Shown here: positions 27,018 through 37,580 of the stretch, piece by piece
How positions within the stretch are numbered: position 1 is the first letter of the stretch
How the letters are laid out: each line of letters begins with the position of its first letter
From: a virus
Taxonomy: Duplodnaviria > Heunggongvirae > Uroviricota > Caudoviricetes
IMG/VR virus record: IMGVR_UViG_3300027708_003081
Direction: 5' to 3' (one strand)
DNA: 64,000 nucleotides
The notes under the pieces: model-generated
What the model saw: only the letters and a program-made list of their open reading frames with translations
Database searches by the model: none
Told to the model about the DNA's origin: nothing
Translations under genes and position numbers: made by a program

Positions 27018-27833
27018 TTACTTTAAAAGGAAGTAAAATTGGTTAAAATATTCAAGTCTATCATCCAAACCATTAGTTCCACCGTTTACACATTTTGTTA
27101 CACCAATAACAGCATCTTTTGTTGCTCCTACATCACATTTTGTTAAACATCTTTGAAAGAACCAAGCAGCTGAAAGTAATGGATATTTTGAGGCAACTAA
27201 ATCCGGATTAGAAATAATATCCTCATTTATAGATTGCCCAAATGATTTATAATTATCTTTACCAGTTAATTGTATATAACCTCGGCCACGGAATTTATAC
27301 CCTTCTTTTGTAGTTTCATCACCATTTCCCATTCTTGCACCATAAACTTTTGATGCAATTTTTTCAGGTTGTTTTGCGTATGATTCTGCGAGAGTACCAG
27401 GAAAATATTTTGTAAAAGTTTTTCTTAAACCATCAGCAGAATAGTTAAGATTTTCCTCTGTAATTTTAAATTTACCTGATTCGTGAGCACACTGTGATAA
27501 AAAGTGTGCAAGTCTTAAAGGTGTGTTAATTTGAAATTTTGTAATTGTATCGGGAATTTGTGCCAATACATTTGCAGGTATGTAATCTCTTAAATTTTCG
27601 AATTTTAATGTTCCAGATGATACTGGTGCAGGTGCGGGTGGGGCAACTACCTTTGGAAACATCTTGTCCCAAGTGTTTACACCAATAACACCATCATTAA
27701 TCAATCCGTTTTGTGATTGCCAAGTTTTTACCGCTTGCTCGGTTCCTGCGCCGAATATTCCATCGGCAACCAAACCCAACTTTTGTTGAATTTTTTTAAC
27801 TTCTTCGCCTTGTGAGCCTTTTTTTAATAACAT
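27018..27833 (-). CDS. Endolysin: peptidoglycan-binding domain plus GH19 lysozyme/chitinase
   Basis: LKKGS.GEEVK.IQ..LG..ADGIFG..TE.AVK.WQ; RLAHFL.QC.HESG, ENLNYS, FRGRGYIQLTGK.NY, VNGG.NGL.DR. Confidence 0.92.
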   Translation of the reverse strand: MLLKKGSQGEEVKKIQQKLGLVADGIFGAGTEQAVKTWQSQNGLINDGVIGVNTWDKMFPKVVAPPAPAPVSSGTLKFENLRDYIPANVLAQIPDTITKFQINTPLRLAHFLSQCAHESGKFKITEENLNYSADGLRKTFTKYFPGTLAESYAKQPEKIASKVYGARMGNGDETTKEGYKFRGRGYIQLTGKDNYKSFGQSINEDIISNPDLVASKYPLLSAAWFFQRCLTKCDVGATKDAVIGVTKCVNGGTNGLDDRLEYFNQFYFLLK

Positions 27834-27891
27834 TTTCGTATATTTGCTTTGTTTATTTACTAATAAGTATTTAAGTTATTAAAAGGAGATA

Positions 27892-28089
27892 CTAATTTTT
27901 TTTTATTCTCTCAATTTCAACAGATTGTCCCCCAATCCATATATCAAATATCAAAAGGACAACATATACATCAATTTCACTAATATTGTGTAGTTCGGGT
28001 GCGGAAAATTTTAAGAATACCCACCACATTATTCTCGCACCTAAATAAATTTTACCAATTAGGACTAATAAGACAAAAAATGATTTCAT
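27892..28089 (-). CDS. Small membrane protein
   Basis: Two hydrophobic segments. Confidence 0.6.
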   Translation of the reverse strand: MKSFFVLLVLIGKIYLGARIMWWVFLKFSAPELHNISEIDVYVVLLIFDIWIGGQSVEIERIKKN

Positions 28090-28129
28090 ATTGTGAAATA
28101 TAGAAGTATTTATTTAGAAAATACACTAT

Positions 28130-28522
28130 ATGGAGAATTTAAAGTTTATTATTAGAGAAGCGTTAAATAATATAATTAAAGAAAGAGAAAATATCATATA
28201 TGAAGATGAGTATGGTTCTGTGGAAATAACAGATTTTATCGCTGATGATAATAATTTGAATGAGGCGGAATATAAAGGTAGAAAAGTTCAGTTGGGTAAG
28301 GTTATGCAGGGCGATGTTAAAAAATCGAAAGTGTATGTTAAGAACGACAAAGGAAATGTAGTCAAAGTTAATTTCGGGTTTGGTGGTAAATCAGCACACG
28401 GAAAAAGAATGACTATTAAAAAGAACAATCCTGCAAGAAGAAAGTCATTTAGGGCGAGAATGAATTGTGATAACCCCGGACCTCGCTGGAAAGCAAGATA
28501 TTGGGCTTGTAGAACTTGGTAA
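28130..28522 (+). CDS. Conserved T4-like phage protein (RRKSFRARMNCD..ARYWAC; DUF6321-like) with Glu-rich leader
   Basis: Motif recognised from marine and freshwater myoviruses; LNEAEY junction. Confidence 0.7.
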   Translation: MENLKFIIREALNNIIKERENIIYEDEYGSVEITDFIADDNNLNEAEYKGRKVQLGKVMQGDVKKSKVYVKNDKGNVVKVNFGFGGKSAHGKRMTIKKNNPARRKSFRARMNCDNPGPRWKARYWACRTW

Positions 28523-28524
28523 TT

Positions 28525-28824
28525 ATGGAAATTAGTAAATTAAAAAAATATTTGAAAATTTATTTGGATACTGTGATTACTCCAAAAGTTAATAGACATT
28601 TTGCGTCACAAGAAGGGTACGAACCAGTCACTATTTCAATATACGATATAAAACCAAAAGAACATTTACCAATGGAGATGTCTATATTTTTAGATATTGA
28701 CCCCGATTTACCTAGTGGTTATTATGTTTCTAAAACTATTAGTAAAGATATTAAAGACTTTATTAATAGTTTAGGTGTTAAAAAACTTATTAGTATTCAA
28801 TTTAACAGTCGTCCGCTATATTAA
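28525..28824 (+). CDS. Hypothetical protein
   Basis: Start revised to ATG 28525. Confidence 0.7.
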   Translation: MEISKLKKYLKIYLDTVITPKVNRHFASQEGYEPVTISIYDIKPKEHLPMEMSIFLDIDPDLPSGYYVSKTISKDIKDFINSLGVKKLISIQFNSRPLY

Positions 28825-29038
28825 GCCAATTAATAAAAACAAATATTGATTGGCTTGGAAAATAAAATAAAAAATATAGGTTATTACAAATACTACCCCA
28901 CCAATCCTAATATTGCCGATTGCATTAGGGAATATCCAATTACAGAGGAGATTTTAAAATACATTAAAAAAACGGGACAATATAAATTGGAATATCAAAA
29001 TTCCAAACCAAAAACTATTAACGGAAAATTTGATTGGA

Positions 29039-29806
29039 TTAATATAACTTATCCAATCCAAACTTTTTGGCGAAAGCACCGAATGAATCTTTATAAGATG
29101 TTTGAGTTTCATCAGTAACTTTACTTGTGTATTGCCAATTCCAATAAAACTTATCGTTAGGTTTGAAACCATAAAAAGAATGAACTTTTCTTTGAGTTTC
29201 AACAACATCTAACCCGTGCCAGTTTTGTCCTGTGCAGATAAAACCACTCTCAATATCTTTAATTATATTTGATTCACCAAGAGTGTCGTGTCTATTTTCA
29301 ATCCAAGTTAATCTCTCAATAAGTTTTTGGTAGAACATACTTGCTTGTCCCCATCTTACGGAAGTAAAAAATATAACTGCGTTTGATTCAAATAATTCTT
29401 TTGAAATTCTCCAAAGTTCGTCATCGCTATTATTAAGACTAGCCCAACATCTGTGAAATCCCGATGGATTTTTTTTATCATCTTTAAGTAACGCTTTTTT
29501 CAATCCACAGGAGTTACCATCTTTTCTTGAAACATTTCCTTCACAAGGGTGAATGGTTAATTCAGGAACATCTATTAGAGTTGCTTTATCTCCAAGAGCT
29601 TCCTGAATTATCATAGCGAGAATTGTTGATTTTGGTATATCAACGTCATCCTTATTCCAATTATATCTGTTGGAGCAGGCGAGTAATAACACCTTGTCTA
29701 ACTTATCTAATTCAGTTATTGTTTTTTCAAGTCGGGATAAATTACCTGTTGATATGTTTTTTTCCGTTACTTGGTATTTGTCGTATAGCTCTTGCAGATT
29801 TTGCAT
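29039..29806 (-). CDS. Flavodoxin-fold protein (NADPH-dependent FMN reductase / iron-sulfur flavoprotein-like)
   Basis: LLLACSNR, IHPCEG, DDEL..I...L.ESNAVIFFTSVRWG..S....KLIERL. Confidence 0.65.
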   Translation of the reverse strand: MQNLQELYDKYQVTEKNISTGNLSRLEKTITELDKLDKVLLLACSNRYNWNKDDVDIPKSTILAMIIQEALGDKATLIDVPELTIHPCEGNVSRKDGNSCGLKKALLKDDKKNPSGFHRCWASLNNSDDELWRISKELFESNAVIFFTSVRWGQASMFYQKLIERLTWIENRHDTLGESNIIKDIESGFICTGQNWHGLDVVETQRKVHSFYGFKPNDKFYWNWQYTSKVTDETQTSYKDSFGAFAKKFGLDKLY

Positions 29807-29835
29807 ATGAAATAAATATCTGGTAAAATTAAAAC

Positions 29836-30924
29836 TTATGCACTTGTTAATTGAACTTCGCCATTATCTGTCCTTGTTATTCTAAATTGATTTGGGTTAC
29901 CGTATACTATGTAATCACCTGCTGGTCGTATAAGAGTTGCCGTCGATACTTCAACGTCTCCAACAACCTCCTCATATTCGTAATCATCGGGATAAGGGGG
30001 ATGATTAATTGTTAGAGTATTATTAGCATTATTGGCATATCTCATAGTAATACCCGCCACCGGTTGCATAGGCCCTTCTGCCAAATCTATTCCTTCCACC
30101 AAACTGCTTTTGTATAAAAAATATTTACAATCAACTAAAACTTTATCTAAATCATCAGGATGCAACATCTCACTATTCTTTATCTTACAAGTCGCCAAGT
30201 TTTTAATAATTGGTAATAGATATGAGTCAATATCTAATTGTAAAAAATCAACTCTTGTGTCTTCAGCGTTCCAAAATGAAATTTCATTATCTATATCATA
30301 AACTTCGCTATATAATGCGAATTTATAACCTGTAATTTTATTGATAAAATAAACCAACACACCTCTTGAAAAATATTTTGCAAAATATTCTTTTTCTTTT
30401 TTGTATGTGGTGCACCATTTGGTGGATGCCCCGTATTTTGCAGACGCTTCAAATGAAAGTGGCCTAACCGCAATCCAAGTATCATCTTCAAACTCTTTAT
30501 GAATTTGATTTTGAAGTTCTTTTGAGTATAATTTTAAGGTTGCGGATGATACTGCGGCTCTAACATCTTCCATATTTTTATATGTTAAAATATCCTTATT
30601 ATCAATAACCCCCCTTTCCATATACTCCATAAATTCTCTCATAATATCCCAATCTCTTGAAGTAACATAATCTAATATGAGATATGAGACAATAATTTCA
30701 TACTCATTCAGTCCCTTATAATCAAATCCATATTCCTCACATCTTGATTTTACAGAATCTAACTCACTTCTGTGCTCAACCCTTTTTTTTAATGATTCAT
30801 TAACCATATGTGATATTACTGGCATATATTTACCTGATTTTGAAATATCTAACCTCCTGAAAATATCAAAATAATTTATGTTAAATTGTGGGTGTTGTTT
30901 TTTTAATTCATCTATTCTCGACAT
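29836..30924 (-). CDS. Hypothetical protein with PLS..AS.KYG..TKWCTT domain
   Basis: Domain shared with 47304..48767. Confidence 0.8.
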   Translation of the reverse strand: MSRIDELKKQHPQFNINYFDIFRRLDISKSGKYMPVISHMVNESLKKRVEHRSELDSVKSRCEEYGFDYKGLNEYEIIVSYLILDYVTSRDWDIMREFMEYMERGVIDNKDILTYKNMEDVRAAVSSATLKLYSKELQNQIHKEFEDDTWIAVRPLSFEASAKYGASTKWCTTYKKEKEYFAKYFSRGVLVYFINKITGYKFALYSEVYDIDNEISFWNAEDTRVDFLQLDIDSYLLPIIKNLATCKIKNSEMLHPDDLDKVLVDCKYFLYKSSLVEGIDLAEGPMQPVAGITMRYANNANNTLTINHPPYPDDYEYEEVVGDVEVSTATLIRPAGDYIVYGNPNQFRITRTDNGEVQLTSA

Positions 30925-31007
30925 ACAATATATTTTTTAAAAAAGTAAGAAAATTAAAAATCTCAATCAACTAAAACACTTATTATTTTTTCGGTATTTA
31001 TAGTGAT

Positions 31008-32003
31008 ATGGAAAATGAATTTTCACAAGATAAGTTATTGGCAAGAGTTAATAAATTCCTTAAAACTCACACATTTAGTGTTAATTATCCTTTGATTGAT
31101 AATTTTTATCCAATAACAATCAAAATTGAATTAACAGATTTTAGGAGTTTAATTAGGAGGGGGGAATATGTTAAATATCTTATGTATACAATCTACATAG
31201 TTCCATCGGGAGATGCGGATACTGATAAAGTTATGAAAAATCTAATACCCGGTGAAAAAGTTATTAACAATCCAAGCTCAATTAACCAATCCACTTTTTA
31301 TTTGAGATTATCTAATGATGTTGATGTAATTTTAGAAAATTTTTTACAATATTGGGGGCAAGATTATTTGGTATTTTGTAATAAAGTTGTAAATTTGTAC
31401 CCTGAACAAGAAACTATGAACGAAAATTTAATTGTTGAAGGTAAATTAGACAGCGTTGTTAGAAAAATAACCGCAGATATTATACAATTTTTAAAGTTTG
31501 GACAAGAAGGAGAATTTTCCTTACCCGAAGATGTAAGTGGTGGAGATATGTTATATAGTTTTACGCAATTAGATACAGAATTTTCAGTTGAATTAAATAT
31601 TATTGAAGATGAATCTATTTCGGGATATGAATTGGACGCAGATTATTATAGAGATGAAGATATTATTAAAATTACAATAACAATCAATCCAAATGAAGGC
31701 AGAGAATACCTACAAGATTTAACAGGTGAATTAAATGAAACCCTTACTCACGAATTAACACATATGGTTCAACACGAAAGTGGTTATGAATTTCCTGAAG
31801 ACCCAGAAAAACCATATGATTATTATACTCAACAACACGAATTAGAAGCTCAATACAACGGATTTATGAGAAGAGCAAGAGCAGAAAAAAGAAGTTTGGA
31901 ATCTGTGATGGATGAATGGTTTAGAAAAAATAAAAAAAATCACAGATTAAAACAAAAACATATTGATAAGTTAAAAAAGAAAATTGCCAATTTTGGAAAT
32001 TAA
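31008..32003 (+). CDS. Two-domain protein with C-terminal HExxH metallopeptidase
   Basis: LTHELTHMVQ, YY.Q.HELEA; internal MNENLIVEG linker. Confidence 0.7.
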   Translation: MENEFSQDKLLARVNKFLKTHTFSVNYPLIDNFYPITIKIELTDFRSLIRRGEYVKYLMYTIYIVPSGDADTDKVMKNLIPGEKVINNPSSINQSTFYLRLSNDVDVILENFLQYWGQDYLVFCNKVVNLYPEQETMNENLIVEGKLDSVVRKITADIIQFLKFGQEGEFSLPEDVSGGDMLYSFTQLDTEFSVELNIIEDESISGYELDADYYRDEDIIKITITINPNEGREYLQDLTGELNETLTHELTHMVQHESGYEFPEDPEKPYDYYTQQHELEAQYNGFMRRARAEKRSLESVMDEWFRKNKKNHRLKQKHIDKLKKKIANFGN

Positions 32004-32620
32004 GATAATCTTTTTAATATTTTATTCAATATCGATATAAGGGCGGCAGAACTAATCAAAATCAAACCCGAAGCACCCATTCTTTCACCAATTAAAGTTG
32101 CCGTTTTAGTTAAGTCAGCACTTCTTGCAATCATACTTTGAATATCAGGAATAATTGGTAATAAAAATGCGTAAGATAATATTTCAGATGCACTATTGAT
32201 TGTAACATTTAAAGATTCAATAAATGTTGTGAAAGCATATTTCAAATCCTTTCCTTTACGTAAAACCGCTTTAAAAGCGTCCTCAATACCCTCTTCTTTA
32301 ATTTTTTTAACCAATTCCCTCATTAAAGGTTTATTATCAAAAAATAATGTGGCAGCCGCTCCACATAATATTAATGCAATTTGATTATCATCCAAATTAA
32401 ATTCACCCGTTCTAATAAAATTATCAAGTGGCATAACAAGTCCACCAACCGCCGGACCCCAAGTAGTTAATAATCTTAAATTAAGTCCGTATTTTTTCCC
32501 AACCTTATTAACCATTCTATTTGTGAATGAATTCATCTTTCTCAAAGATTCAACGACCCTTGGACTTGAAATTCCTTCAACTAAAAATTTTAATTGTGTT
32601 TCTGTTATTAAAAAGTTCAT
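32000..32620 (-). CDS. Hydrophobic hypothetical protein with MNFLITETQ leader
   Basis: ORF track. Confidence 0.8.
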   Translation of the reverse strand: MNFLITETQLKFLVEGISSPRVVESLRKMNSFTNRMVNKVGKKYGLNLRLLTTWGPAVGGLVMPLDNFIRTGEFNLDDNQIALILCGAAATLFFDNKPLMRELVKKIKEEGIEDAFKAVLRKGKDLKYAFTTFIESLNVTINSASEILSYAFLLPIIPDIQSMIARSADLTKTATLIGERMGASGLILISSAALISILNKILKRLS

Positions 32621-32653
32621 ATTTATATAAATATAATTATAATATTTATTGTT

Positions 32654-33241
32654 ATGAAAAGTGCAAAAAATCCTGAATTAAACCTTGGAGATAGAATTAT
32701 TCTATACCATATGGAAGGCGAGACAACTGTTAACCCCGGTACAGAAGGAACTGTTACACATATCGCAAATGACCCATTTGAGGATGGTAATAAAATTCTC
32801 ACCGTAAAATGGGACAACGGAAGTAGTTTATCTATCTTATCAAACTACGATGTTTGGAAACACGTAAAAAAAAAGAACATAGATGAGTCCGCAGAAGATT
32901 GGTTAAGGGATAATGGAGATTTATTAAAATATTTTAAACATAGAGATGTAAGAGATTTTCTTATGAAAGTTAGAGAAAGTGGAATTACTAATATGTTTGC
33001 GGCGTCTCCATTACTTTATGCAGGTAGGGAACATATTGATAGATACTACGGCGAAAATCCACCCGATAAAGAAGCGTTTGAACAAGTTTTAGATATGGCT
33101 GACAGTGTTAAAAGTATGATGATTAGAGGCACTATGAAATATCTGGAATCGAAGGGAAAAGAAGTTTCAGTTGATAATGTTAATTCTAATATTAGAAAAT
33201 TGGCAATTAAAATGTGGGATTTTTACGGAAATTTCATCTAA
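32654..33241 (+). CDS. Hypothetical protein (N-terminal SH3-like, DUF4314-like domain)
   Basis: GDRI.L..M......GTEGTV....D......V.WDNGS.L. Confidence 0.65.
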   Translation: MKSAKNPELNLGDRIILYHMEGETTVNPGTEGTVTHIANDPFEDGNKILTVKWDNGSSLSILSNYDVWKHVKKKNIDESAEDWLRDNGDLLKYFKHRDVRDFLMKVRESGITNMFAASPLLYAGREHIDRYYGENPPDKEAFEQVLDMADSVKSMMIRGTMKYLESKGKEVSVDNVNSNIRKLAIKMWDFYGNFI

Positions 33242-33420
33242 TATAATTCCTTAATTATTTTTTCTTTTAATTCTGCGGAAATATCAAAAGAAAGAAGGGA
33301 TTCTAAAGCCTCTACTTTACCAATTTCATATGAAATTTTGAGAGCTTTTAAAATCCCATCTCTATCAAGAATCATACTGTGAGAGATATTCTCATTCAAT
33401 ATTTTTTCAAAGTTCGGCAT
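33238..33420 (-). CDS. Hypothetical protein
   Basis: ORF track; TAATG-coupled to 33420..33650. Confidence 0.65.
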   Translation of the reverse strand: MPNFEKILNENISHSMILDRDGILKALKISYEIGKVEALESLLSFDISAELKEKIIKELY

Positions 33421-33650
33421 TATTTTTCAATAAGCATATTTGTATTAGCGATAGGGAATCTTGCGATTGGAAGACTTCTTTCTTCGGAAGTCATCATATC
33501 AATACCTTTTTGAATAACTTCATAATACTGTCCTTCTTCTTTTACTTTTACTGTTGGAATGTTACCAAATTGATAAAGAATTTTTGATTCTGTATCCGTC
33601 TCATAGACTTTAACTGTCTTTAATGTTGTGTCAAATACTAATGTTTGCAT
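33420..33650 (-). CDS. Hypothetical protein
   Basis: ORF track; TATCTTTG promoter at 33769-33762. Confidence 0.7.
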   Translation of the reverse strand: MQTLVFDTTLKTVKVYETDTESKILYQFGNIPTVKVKEEGQYYEVIQKGIDMMTSEERSLPIARFPIANTNMLIEK

Positions 33651-33835
33651 CGTTTTGTAATTTTGTTAATGTTTAAATTTAAAAAAACAAGTGAATTCAA
33701 ATTAGTTCTCTAGTAAACTACCAATAAACTATCAGAAAAAAAAGAATTCAACTTGTTTCCACAAAGATAAAAGAAATAAAATCAATAATCAATAATTTCT
33801 CAAATAAGAATGTATTTATTATAAAATAATATATT

Positions 33836-34606
33836 ATGAGATTTTATACTTTAGGACAATTATCAAATGATGAGAAGTCAGACATTTTAGGTAAACACAG
33901 AGAAGTTTATAACGGATACAAAAGAATGCAGAACGAAGTTCAAAACGAACAACCACTTTACGTTCAAGATTTTGCAAACGATAAAGAAGGCATTACCGTT
34001 AATGGTTCAGGCGAAGTTAGTTCATATAACAATAAAATTTATATGAAAGAATCAAAAGAAGTATGTTCTGAATGTGGTTCACCATTAATGGAAGGAGAAT
34101 GTATGGAATGTGGAAGAGGATATATGGAAGAAGATATGGAAGAAGAAGGGATTTATGATGTTGCAAAACCATTTAATAAATCAAAAAATAAATTTGATTA
34201 CACAGACGAAGAAGTTGAATACGAACAAATGGAATCTGCATTTTCTGATGAGTTAGATGAAATTTCAGGACCAAGTCCATTATATTCTGATATTGATTTT
34301 GAGGCGTATGATTTTAAATCTGATGGGCCTAATCAAGCTCAAGGACCATATACTCGTAATGAGCAAGAAATGGAAGAAGGTTTTTATGATACAAATGATT
34401 ATGATGATTTTACAGATTATAGCGATAAATTTTATGATTTAGTAGATTACGGAGAAAGAGACACAGCACCAAAAAGAATGAAAAGAAAAATGGGTGATGT
34501 TGAAGATATTGATTGGGAAGAAATTGATGAAGATATTAAAGAATCATTTATCACACAAAAAACAAAGATAAATGAGATGTTCAACCGAATGAATAGATAT
34601 AATTAA
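33836..34606 (+). CDS. Acidic protein with CxECG repeats, probable head core or internal protein
   Basis: CSECG, CMECG, many (I/L/M)xE sites; C-terminal KINEMFNRMNRYN. Confidence 0.7.
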   Translation: MRFYTLGQLSNDEKSDILGKHREVYNGYKRMQNEVQNEQPLYVQDFANDKEGITVNGSGEVSSYNNKIYMKESKEVCSECGSPLMEGECMECGRGYMEEDMEEEGIYDVAKPFNKSKNKFDYTDEEVEYEQMESAFSDELDEISGPSPLYSDIDFEAYDFKSDGPNQAQGPYTRNEQEMEEGFYDTNDYDDFTDYSDKFYDLVDYGERDTAPKRMKRKMGDVEDIDWEEIDEDIKESFITQKTKINEMFNRMNRYN

Positions 34607-34692
34607 AAAATTAACCCTCCAAAACGGAGGGTTTTTTTATGCAAATATAGATTTTCATATATTTTGTGATATTTCTTTATAAAACAAACCAT

Positions 34693-34989
34693 ATGGAAAT
34701 TAAAGAAATAATATCTTACTTCCTCAATACAGATTCAAATATATTAGAAGTAAGTTTCAGAACAATAGATGATAACGAGGATGTTTTAAGAAACGACCAA
34801 ATTGACTACACATTAGCAGAAGAATACGGATATGAATTAGAGACAGAATCATTTGATTTTTTTGAAGACGATGACGAAGATGAACCTACTACAGATGAAA
34901 CTGAATTAGATGAAGACATATTAATATCTTTCTTAAATGAATATTATACAATAAATTCTAAATCAATACCGAAATCCGAATTTTACTGA
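34693..34989 (+). CDS. Acidic hypothetical protein
   Basis: Start revised to ATG 34693. Confidence 0.75.
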   Translation: MEIKEIISYFLNTDSNILEVSFRTIDDNEDVLRNDQIDYTLAEEYGYELETESFDFFEDDDEDEPTTDETELDEDILISFLNEYYTINSKSIPKSEFY

Positions 34990-35001
34990 TATTTATAAGT
35001 T

Positions 35002-35244
35002 ATGAATTTAGACGTAGATTTTTTAATCAAATTTTATAAAAATAATACTAAATCTGAAAGTAAAGAAGAATTTACTGAACAGGATGCGGCGGCTGCCGGA
35101 GCTTCGGCACCAAGCGGAGGAAGTGGAAAAACACCTAAAAAGTGGGAATCAGGAAGAAAATTTGGTAAAACATATATGAATGATGTTAAATACGTTTGGA
35201 ATTCTGACGTTCAAAGAGGTCACGCAAATTCACTGTTTTATTAA
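35002..35244 (+). CDS. Hypothetical protein
   Basis: ORF track. Confidence 0.75.
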   Translation: MNLDVDFLIKFYKNNTKSESKEEFTEQDAAAAGASAPSGGSGKTPKKWESGRKFGKTYMNDVKYVWNSDVQRGHANSLFY

Positions 35245-35293
35245 CAATTGATATATTTATAAATAAAAAAACTTAAGAAGAGTTAAAATACTA

Positions 35294-36577
35294 ATGGGAA
35301 AATTTTTTATAACTGAAGGAGAAAAAAGAAATATACAACAAATGTATGGTGTACAAAAACATCATGCAGTTTTGGAAACCATTACTGATGAAACTTCTGA
35401 TTTTGTTATTAAAGAATGGCTTTCACCTGATGAAAATTTTTGTATTTTTTTAGATGAATTATATGATATTAGAAATAAAACCAAATTAGGTAATATTTTT
35501 GAAAATTTTGAAAACTTTAAGTTTTTTTTAAAACATTCTTTTGAATCTGTATCAGGCATTTCGAAACAAATAAAAGAAAGTGTTTTAAATGATTTGGATA
35601 AGTTAATAATAACTGAATCAATTCAAGATATTTCTTTTCTTAAGGAATCCGTAAGAGAAATTATAAAAGAAAATTGGTTAGGAGATGCTTGGGATGCAAC
35701 AAAAAACGCTGTAAAGGGTTTTGGTGATTGGACAGTTAAAAAAGGTGAGGAAGCGGTTAGTGGAGTTAAAACTTTTGTATCAAAAGCGTATTCAGGTGGA
35801 AAACAATTAGTTTCCGCAATTTCTAATGGAGAATGGACTAAAATACTTGATATAATAGGTAAAGGTGTTATATATCTTGCTCGTAGTATCAGAAGTGCTA
35901 TGTATCACCCTGTCGGTATGATTTTAGATGGTATTTTGGTTGCGTCGGGAATTGGTAAAGCGGTTCAGTGGATACCTTGGGCAATAATTGTGGCTCTTGA
36001 TATCTACGAAATTGCAACTAATAATTACGAAGAAGAAATGCCGTTATGGTTAAGAATACTTATGGTTGGTTGTGATGCTTTAGGTTTAGTTGTTGCAGGT
36101 GTTACCGCAGTTGGTGCTAGAAAAGCTATTCAAGCGGGAACTGCAGGTTTAAAAAGTACCGAGCAATTAGCCGCAGCGATGGCGAAAAATCCTGAGTTGA
36201 AATCAACTATTATAACGATGGAGAAAAATATAGATAAAGTTCCTGGATTCCTTCAAAAAGCAATTGATTATCTTAAACCAAGATTTCCAAGTGGTGCAAA
36301 ATTTATTGAGGGAATAATGGGAAATGTATCTTCTTTTATACAAAAAGTCAAATCTTCATTACCAACGGTCGCAGGAACAAAACAATTTGCAAAAGTTGCA
36401 GGAAAAGAAACTTTAAAAACTGCTGGTATTGTTTATGGTTTGGAAACAGGAATAAAAAAAGGTGCTCAGATGTATTATGGTATTGGTGATGATGAAATGA
36501 AACTAGCGGAACTATCACAACCATCAATAAAAAATTATGAAGAAAAATACGGTAGTTTTGCAGATGGATGGGGTTAA
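35294..36577 (+). CDS. Probable virion or membrane-active protein with MGKFFITEGEK leader and hydrophobic helices
   Basis: Amphipathic W-repeat region and several Gly/Ala-rich hydrophobic segments. Confidence 0.7.
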   Translation: MGKFFITEGEKRNIQQMYGVQKHHAVLETITDETSDFVIKEWLSPDENFCIFLDELYDIRNKTKLGNIFENFENFKFFLKHSFESVSGISKQIKESVLNDLDKLIITESIQDISFLKESVREIIKENWLGDAWDATKNAVKGFGDWTVKKGEEAVSGVKTFVSKAYSGGKQLVSAISNGEWTKILDIIGKGVIYLARSIRSAMYHPVGMILDGILVASGIGKAVQWIPWAIIVALDIYEIATNNYEEEMPLWLRILMVGCDALGLVVAGVTAVGARKAIQAGTAGLKSTEQLAAAMAKNPELKSTIITMEKNIDKVPGFLQKAIDYLKPRFPSGAKFIEGIMGNVSSFIQKVKSSLPTVAGTKQFAKVAGKETLKTAGIVYGLETGIKKGAQMYYGIGDDEMKLAELSQPSIKNYEEKYGSFADGWG

Positions 36578-36600
36578 AAATTAAATAAAATAAACACAAT

Positions 36601-37566
36601 ATGAAACAAACATTAAAAGAACAACTGGAAAGATATTTAACTCTTTCAAGTTATAATACAAAATTAACATTATCTGAAAATTTAAAAAATGTTGAAAATA
36701 GTTTAAATGAGGCGGGTCCTTCTCCAGCCGCAACATTAAGAGATGTTGAGGCAGCATTCAAATCCGTTGAATCATTAAGAAATGAGATGAAGATTACAAA
36801 AGAAATTGATGAAATTGCAAAATTACTTAAGATGGATGCTAAAAGTTTTGAAAAACAATTAGCAAAGGCTTTTGAGGAAGATATAAAAAATGGGTTTCCT
36901 AAAGGAACACTTGGTCCTGCAGCTAAAGATGTGTCTAAAGTAGATGCATTAAGAAAAATTGCTGCGGATAGTAAAATAAAGGGAGGTCCTTTAACTGCGG
37001 ATGAAGTTAAGGTAATTAAAGATGATATCACCGCAACAAATAAATTAAAAGCTGCTAAATTTGAACCAAAAGCACCACGAACGCAAAAAGATATTGATGA
37101 CGGAGGAAAAGGAATTAAACAATTGCCACCTGAAGGTAAAAACTGGAATTGGAAAAAAATGTTAAAATGGGGCGCAGGAATAGGACTATCTATCGCGGCT
37201 GTTTCTTGGATTTGGACTAAACTACACGGAGAAGAACCACCACCACCTCCACCAGATGTTACACCAGTACCTCAGCCAAGTCAATATAAATCTTGTCCTG
37301 ATACTTTCCCAATTGCTATGTATTGTAAAAATGAAACAATTAGAAAAGTTCAAGGATGTTTAGGTGTTGCATCAGATAGTGCGTTTGGACCTAAAACACA
37401 AGCAGCTTTAGAAGCCAAAGGACTTACAGGAACAGAAATTACACAAGATACTGTAGATAAAGTTTGTGGTGGTGGAACAACACCATCTCCATTTCAAGAT
37501 GATAATGAGGAAGATACTACTTCAAATCAATCAACACAATCGGCGGATGATGCTGATGAGGCTTAA
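36601..37566 (+). CDS. Protein with LKEQLER leader, TM segment, poly-Pro linker and peptidoglycan-binding-like domain
   Basis: WGAGIGLSIAAVSWIW; IRKVQGCLGV.SDSAFGPKTQAAL. Confidence 0.7.
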   Translation: MKQTLKEQLERYLTLSSYNTKLTLSENLKNVENSLNEAGPSPAATLRDVEAAFKSVESLRNEMKITKEIDEIAKLLKMDAKSFEKQLAKAFEEDIKNGFPKGTLGPAAKDVSKVDALRKIAADSKIKGGPLTADEVKVIKDDITATNKLKAAKFEPKAPRTQKDIDDGGKGIKQLPPEGKNWNWKKMLKWGAGIGLSIAAVSWIWTKLHGEEPPPPPPDVTPVPQPSQYKSCPDTFPIAMYCKNETIRKVQGCLGVASDSAFGPKTQAALEAKGLTGTEITQDTVDKVCGGGTTPSPFQDDNEEDTTSNQSTQSADDADEA

Positions 37567-37580
37567 AATATAAGAAAAAA

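Noticed and set aside
28846-29118. 90-aa + strand ORF
   Set aside because: TTG start and a 3' overlap with the convergent flavodoxin-like gene; a shorter real gene cannot be excluded.
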